64,000 bases of DNA from Escherichia coli (lineage in GTDB: Bacteria; Pseudomonadota; Gammaproteobacteria; Enterobacterales; Enterobacteriaceae), in NCBI RefSeq assembly GCF_003334765.1, contig NZ_QOWT01000001.1. One strand, 5' to 3'. Made by a program: the position numbers and the translations under genes. Shown here one piece after another: positions 58,156 to 64,000 of this stretch (positions within the stretch are counted from its first letter, which is position 1; every line of letters starts with the position of its first letter). The notes beneath the pieces were generated by a model. It was not told the DNA's origin. It worked only from the letters and a program-made list of their open reading frames with translations, and made no database searches.

Positions 58156-59012
58156 TATTGACCTACGGCAATGCTACAGGTGGTGCCCGACACCAACGTG
58201 ACATCGCCTGGGACTTTATCCAGCGCAAAGCGGACGGGAACGCGTTGGGCGAGTCGAACCCAGGGGACGTTAGGTTTAACATCCGGAATAAGGCTTGAGT
58301 CACTTTCAACGCTCTGATCATAAATCGCCCGACCGATACTGGAAACGTGACCCTGTAACGTTTTGTTATCACTATAGAGGGTAATTTGTGCTGGTGCACC
58401 TTCGCGGATATGGCGCAACTTGGTTTCTTCAAAATAACCAATGACGTAAAACGAGTGGCTGTCGACAAGGGCAAACAGCGGTTTCCCGGTATCAGCGTAA
58501 TCGCCGATGCGGGTAGTAAGGTTAGTCACCCATCCACTCACCGGGGCGCGAATTTCCGTTTGCGCCAGTTGCCATTGTGCCTGTTTCAGCGTCGCCTGTG
58601 CGGCATCAACACTGGCCTGCATCGCTTTAACATTGAGGTTAGCGGTATCGAGTTCTTCGGCAGAAATAAAATTTTGTGAGAGATGACGACGACGATTCGC
58701 TTCGTTATTGGCTTTTGCGAGGTCAGATTGCGCTTTCGCCAGCTGAGCCTGTGCGTTCAGCTCGGCGATCTGAAAGGGCGTTTTATCGATCGTGAGCAGA
58801 AGATCCCCCGCGTTAACCAGCTGGTTGTCTTTTATATTCAGCTCAACAATACGTCCCGACACCTGTGGGGTGATAGAAACCTGTTCTGCGCGTATTTTCC
58901 CGTCGCGTGTCCACGGAGATTGCATGTAATAATTCCACAGCCACCATCCGGCAAGAACCGCAACTACCGCTACAATGATTGTTGAGAAATACTTAATTGT
59001 TTTAATTGACAT
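58155..59012 (-). CDS. ydhJ: HlyD/AaeA-family membrane fusion protein
   Basis: Start at the [17 protein letters not shown]… Met (59012), 285 aa; single N-terminal TM plus coiled-coil. Confidence 0.85.
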   Translation of the reverse strand: MSIKTIKYFSTIIVAVVAVLAGWWLWNYYMQSPWTRDGKIRAEQVSITPQVSGRIVELNIKDNQLVNAGDLLLTIDKTPFQIAELNAQAQLAKAQSDLAKANNEANRRRHLSQNFISAEELDTANLNVKAMQASVDAAQATLKQAQWQLAQTEIRAPVSGWVTNLTTRIGDYADTGKPLFALVDSHSFYVIGYFEETKLRHIREGAPAQITLYSDNKTLQGHVSSIGRAIYDQSVESDSSLIPDVKPNVPWVRLAQRVPVRFALDKVPGDVTLVSGTTCSIAVGQ

Positions 59013-59014
59013 AG

Positions 59015-59251
59015 TTACCACGCAATCAGTATTGCCAGAGCAAGGCAAACGCAAATCGCAAACAGCGATAAATCCATTAACAAGGGATGCCAGATGTCAC
59101 CGGCGTAGATCCAGCCACGAAGCAGGCGGTGTACGACAAGCCAGATGACGAATCCAAACGCGAATGCTTTGAAAAACGGAGGAAAGTAGACGGACGCACC
59201 GAACACCAGATCTTGTAAGGGCAATCCTGTTGCATTGAGCATAAACTTCAC
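59015..59251 (-). CDS. ydhI: DUF1656 small membrane protein
   Basis: 78-aa hydrophobic ORF immediately upstream of ydhJ. Confidence 0.75.
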
Positions 59252-59451
59252 AAAGTAGATTCCTTTACGACCGAATATATTGCGTTAGATTAATAAATAT
59301 TCTTTAAGTGCGAAAAATTTACGCGCAATTTCTGAAAAATATGTCTGACGGTAACCAAATGCAGCAATACATTTGTTTTAGCAATACAATTGCTGCACAC
59401 TATTCTAAAAGCCGCATAATATCTTAGCAAGCTAATTATAAGGAGATGAAA

Positions 59452-59886
59452 TTGGAATCGCCACTAGGTTCTGATCTGGCACGGTTGGTGCGCATATGGC
59501 GTGCTCTGATAGACCATCGCCTGAAACCGCTGGAGTTAACACAAACCCATTGGGTTACGTTACACAATATCCATCAGTTACCTCCAGACCAGTCGCAAAT
59601 TCAACTGGCAAAAGCGATTGGCATCGAGCAGCCATCACTGGTCCGTACTCTGGACCAACTGGAAGAAAAAGGGTTAATTTCGCGTCAAACTTGTGCCAGC
59701 GATCGTCGGGCTAAACGTATTAAACTGACGGAAAAGGCAGAGCCGCTGATCAGCGAAATGGAAGCTGTTATTAACAAAACCCGCGCGGAAATATTACATG
59801 GCATCTCCGCAGAGGAACTGGAGCAACTGATTACGCTCATCGCAAAACTTGAGCATAATATCATTGAGTTACAGGCCAAAGGGTGA
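59452..59886 (+). CDS. slyA: MarR-family transcriptional regulator SlyA
   Basis: (M)[41 protein letters not shown]…; I chose the TTG at 59452 (6 nt after the AGGAG RBS) over the track's ATG at 59446. Confidence 0.88.
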
Positions 59887-59932
59887 AATGAAGGGGGCGT
59901 GTGGTCAGTAACCTGACCACACGCAAACTTAT

Positions 59933-60400
59933 TTAGCGCGGAGAAACGGTCACCTGACTGCCATTGCTGGCCAGTACGACACGTTGGCCCGGAGAGAAAC
60001 GAGTGTTGCCTTGTTTCTGTACCACCATGATGGTATTACCATCGTCTTTACGAATTTCCAGCTCGACACCCTGCGTTTTGTTCATTGCACTCTGTACGCC
60101 CTGACCAGCTACGCCACCTGCAACAGCGCCTGCTGCAGTAGCCAGAGAACGCCCGGTTCCGCCACCAACAGTATTCCCCAGGAAACCACCAAGAACAGCA
60201 CCGCCAATTGCACCGATAACGTTGGAATCATCACCGCCCTGAATCTGTACCGGACGTACGTTAACGATGGTGCCATAGCTGACATTCTGTACTTGTTTCG
60301 CTTCAGAAGCGGTATAAACATCCCCTGACAGGGTGTCGTTATTAACACAACCGACAAGAGACAGACCTACCATTGAAACAACCAATACGCGTTTAATCAT
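59933..60400 (-). CDS. slyB: Outer-membrane lipoprotein SlyB (glycine-zipper)
   Basis: 155-aa ORF with a lipobox (LVGC) and a Gly-rich segment (GAIGGAVLGGFLGNTVGGGTG). Confidence 0.9.
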   Translation of the reverse strand: MIKRVLVVSMVGLSLVGCVNNDTLSGDVYTASEAKQVQNVSYGTIVNVRPVQIQGGDDSNVIGAIGGAVLGGFLGNTVGGGTGRSLATAAGAVAGGVAGQGVQSAMNKTQGVELEIRKDDGNTIMVVQKQGNTRFSPGQRVVLASNGSQVTVSPR

Positions 60401-60673
60401 TGAAAAATCTCCTGTTCACCATGAAACGCCACGCAAGCATCCCTCATGGTCAAAGTATATGGCATATGTGAATCCATGGTTACATGTTCTACCAAATATG
60501 AGCAAATCATAATGAAAGTAGGATCAACCAATTATAAACAAAACATTCATGATGATTATTGATTTGAAGATAATGTTTTACTACCAACGGTAAAAATCGG
60601 TCATTCCGCATGGTATTCACGAAAAGTTTATGTTTGAGTGGTGCGCAAACGTCAGATTGAAAAAGGATGAACT

Positions 60674-61783
60674 ATGAAATCGGGCCGCTTTATTGGCGTT
60701 ATGTCAGGCACCAGCCTTGATGGTGTTGATGTTGTGTTGGCGACAATTGATGAACACCGGGTCGCACAGCTGGCAAGTTTGAGTTGGCCGATCCCGGTAT
60801 CTCTGAAACAGGCTGTACTGGATATTTGCCAGGGCCAGCAGCTTACACTTTCGCAGTTTGGACAGCTTGATACTCAACTCGGGCGACTTTTTGCTGATGC
60901 GGTCAATGCCTTGCTTAAGGAACAAAATCTGCAGGCAAGAGATATAGTTGCGATCGGTTGTCACGGTCAAACCGTCTGGCATGAACCGACGGGCGTGGCA
61001 CCACACACTTTACAGATTGGCGATAACAATCAAATTGTGGCACGCACCGGAATTACGGTTGTCGGTGATTTTCGCCGTCGCGATATTGCCTTGGGAGGAC
61101 AAGGCGCACCGCTGGTACCTGCGTTCCATCATGCGCTGCTGGCTCACCCAACCGAGCGACGAATGGTGCTCAATATTGGCGGCATCGCCAATCTGTCACT
61201 GCTCATTCCTGGGCAGCCGGTTGGGGGCTACGATACCGGTCCTGGTAACATGCTGATGGATGCCTGGATCTGGCGTCAGGCCGGTAAACCTTACGATAAA
61301 GATGCCGAGTGGGCACGGGCGGGTAAAGTTATTCTCCCACTGCTGCAAAATATGCTCAGCGACCCGTATTTCTCGCAACCTGCACCGAAAAGCACCGGAC
61401 GCGAATACTTTAACTATGGTTGGCTGGAGCGCCATTTGCGCCATTTTCCGGGTGTTGATCCCCGAGATGTGCAGGCGACACTGGCAGAACTCACCGCCGT
61501 GACCATTTCTGAACAAGTTTTGTTGAGCGGTGGCTGCGAACGATTGATGGTATGTGGTGGAGGTAGTCGTAATCCGCTACTCATGGCGCGTCTGGCGGCA
61601 TTACTGCCAGGCACAGAAGTCACCACCACCGATGCCGTTGGCATTAGTGGCGATGACATGGAAGCATTGGCTTTCGCCTGGCTTGCCTGGCGGACGCTGG
61701 CGGGATTACCAGGAAATCTGCCTTCCGTCACTGGCGCAAGCCAGGAGACGGTACTGGGGGCTATTTTCCCCGCTAACCCGTGA
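60674..61783 (+). CDS. anmK: Anhydro-N-acetylmuramic acid kinase
   Basis: 369-aa [30 protein letters not shown]…. Confidence 0.92.
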
Positions 61784-61880
61784 TATCAGAGTTAACTGAA
61801 TTTTTCTTACCGCGTCTGCCGTTACACTTGGAACGTTAGGGAGGGCGTATTGCCCTCCAGACCAGGAAAGTCTTCGGGAT

Positions 61881-62210
61881 ATGACTATGAAAAAACTGTT
61901 AATTATCATTTTGCCGGTCCTTCTCTCCGGCTGTAGCGCCTTTAATCAGCTGGTTGAGCGCATGCAAACCGATACGCTGGAATACCAGTGTGATGAAAAA
62001 CCGTTGACGGTCAAACTGAATAATCCGCGCCAGGAGGTCAGTTTTGTTTACGATAATCAACTACTGCATCTCAAACAGGGCATTTCAGCCTCTGGCGCGC
62101 GTTACACTGACGGAATCTATGTTTTCTGGTCGAAAGGCGATGAAGCGACTGTCTATAAACGCGACCGCATCGTCTTGAATAACTGTCAGTTACAAAATCC
62201 ACAGCGTTGA
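61881..62210 (+). CDS. mliC: Membrane-bound lysozyme inhibitor of C-type lysozyme
   Basis: 109-aa lipoprotein ORF ([20 protein letters not shown]…). Confidence 0.88.
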   Translation: MTMKKLLIIILPVLLSGCSAFNQLVERMQTDTLEYQCDEKPLTVKLNNPRQEVSFVYDNQLLHLKQGISASGARYTDGIYVFWSKGDEATVYKRDRIVLNNCQLQNPQR

Positions 62211-62268
62211 GATTTTTCCAGGGGCGGCGCACAATAGCGTCACCCACTGACAATCCGTAAAGAAAACC

Positions 62269-62925
62269 ATGTCTGATAACGACGAATTGCAGCAAATCGC
62301 GCATCTGCGCCGTGAATACACCAAAGGCGGGTTACGCCGCCGCGATCTTCCCGCCGATCCATTAACCCTTTTTGAACGTTGGCTCTCTCAGGCTTGTGAA
62401 GCCAAACTGGCGGACCCTACCGCGATGGTGGTCGCTACCGTGGATGAACATGGTCAGCCTTATCAGCGCATCGTTTTACTCAAACATTACGACGAAAAAG
62501 GCATGGTGTTTTACACCAACCTCGGCAGCCGTAAAGCACATCAAATCGAAAATAATCCGCGCGTTAGCCTGCTGTTCCCGTGGCATACCCTTGAGCGCCA
62601 GGTGATGGTGATCGGTAAAGCAGAACGACTTTCGACTCTCGAAGTGATGAAATATTTTCATAGCCGCCCGCGTGATAGCCAGATTGGTGCATGGGTTTCG
62701 AAGCAGTCCAGTCGCATTTCTGCCCGCGGTATCCTTGAAAGTAAATTCCTGGAGCTGAAGCAGAAGTTTCAACAGGGCGAAGTGCCATTGCCGAGCTTTT
62801 GGGGCGGTTTTCGCGTCAGCCTTGAACAGATTGAGTTCTGGCAGGGTGGTGAGCATCGCCTGCATGACCGCTTTTTGTACCAGCGTGAAAATGATGCGTG
62901 GAAGATTGATCGTCTTGCACCCTGA
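62269..62925 (+). CDS. pdxH: Pyridoxine/pyridoxamine 5'-phosphate oxidase
   Basis: 218-aa [42 protein letters not shown]…. Confidence 0.95.
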
Positions 62926-63053
62926 AAAGATGCAAAAATCTTGCTTTAATCGCTGGTACTCCTGATTCTGGCACTTTATTCTATGTCTCTTTCGCATCTG
63001 GCGAAAAGTCGTGTACCGGCAAAGGTGCAGTCGTTATATACATGGAGATTTTG

Positions 63054-64000
63054 ATGGCAAGCAGTAACTTGATTAAACAATTGCAAGAGCGGGGGCTGGT
63101 AGCCCAGGTGACGGACGAGGAAGCGTTAGCAGAGCGACTGGCGCAAGGCCCGATCGCGCTCTATTGCGGCTTCGATCCTACCGCTGACAGCTTGCATTTG
63201 GGGCATCTTGTTCCATTGTTATGCCTGAAACGCTTCCAGCAGGCGGGCCACAAGCCGGTTGCGCTGGTAGGCGGCGCGACGGGTCTGATTGGCGACCCGA
63301 GCTTCAAAGCTGCCGAGCGTAAGCTGAACACCGAAGAAACTGTTCAGGAGTGGGTGGACAAAATCCGTAAGCAGGTTGCCCCGTTCCTCGATTTCGACTG
63401 TGGAGAAAACTCTGCTATCGCGGCGAACAACTATGACTGGTTCGGCAATATGAATGTGCTGACCTTCCTGCGCGATATTGGCAAACACTTCTCCGTTAAC
63501 CAGATGATCAACAAAGAAGCGGTTAAGCAGCGTCTCAACCGTGAAGATCAGGGGATTTCGTTCACTGAGTTTTCCTACAACCTGTTGCAGGGTTATGACT
63601 TCGCCTGTCTGAACAAACAGTACGGTGTGGTGCTGCAAATTGGTGGTTCTGACCAGTGGGGTAACATCACTTCTGGTATCGACCTGACCCGTCGTCTGCA
63701 TCAGAATCAGGTGTTTGGCCTGACCGTTCCGCTGATCACTAAAGCAGATGGCACCAAATTTGGTAAAACTGAAGGCGGCGCAGTCTGGTTGGATCCGAAG
63801 AAAACCAGCCCGTACAAATTCTACCAGTTCTGGATCAACACTGCGGATGCCGACGTTTACCGCTTCCTGAAGTTCTTCACCTTTATGAGCATTGAAGAGA
63901 TCAACGCCCTGGAAGAAGAAGATAAAAACAGCGGTAAAGCACCGCGCGCCCAGTATGTACTGGCGGAGCAGGTGACTCGTCTGGTTCACGGTGAAGAAGG
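63054..64000 (+). CDS. tyrS: Tyrosyl-tRNA synthetase, N-terminal part only (gene runs off the window end)
   Basis: ATG at 63054; my translation gives [54 protein letters not shown]… with HIGH-type and KFGKT (KMSKS) motifs. Not in the ORF track because it is truncated. Confidence 0.9.

Noticed and set aside
60401-60673. PhoP-box-like TGTTT repeats in the slyB-anmK spacer
   Set aside because: The TGTTT motifs I saw are overlapping, not the N5-spaced direct repeat of the PhoP consensus; I could not place a convincing site by eye.
63219-63989. 256-aa minus-strand ORF at the window end
   Set aside because: Antisense to tyrS, which reads cleanly on the plus strand from 63054 with class I aminoacyl-tRNA synthetase motifs.

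Overview
This window reads as an ordinary enterobacterial core-chromosome segment, collinear gene-for-gene with the Escherichia coli K-12 region from ydiQ (truncated at the window start) to tyrS (truncated at the window end). I found no prophage, IS element, integrase, CRISPR array or other foreign insertion, and no evidence of a previously undescribed system. All identifications rest on reading the supplied ORF translations and sequence by eye and on recalled knowledge of E. coli; no search was run, and hand-counted coordinates may be off by a few nucleotides. Main contents: ydiQ', ydiP, ydiO-ydiF, aroD-ydiB-ydiN, ydiM, ydiL, RprA sRNA, ydiK, ydiJ-menI, ydiH, sufABCDSE with a Fur box, ldtE, lpp, pykF, fumD, ydhYVWXUT, ydhS, ydhR, two tandem tRNA-Val genes, ydhQ, mdtK, ribC, cfa, ydhC/ydhB, purR, ynhF, ydhP, a REP/BIME cluster, sodB, mepH, grxD, lhr-rnt, gloA-nemA-nemR, ydhL, ydhF, sodC, ydhIJK, slyA, slyB, anmK, mliC, pdxH, tyrS'. 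The most noteworthy points are an in-frame 9-bp tandem-repeat expansion at the 3' end of sufE, the poorly understood anaerobic ydhYVWXUT oxidoreductase operon with a perfect FNR-type palindrome upstream, a 13-unit nonapeptide repeat in YdhT, and the barrel-less autotransporter-like ydhQ.
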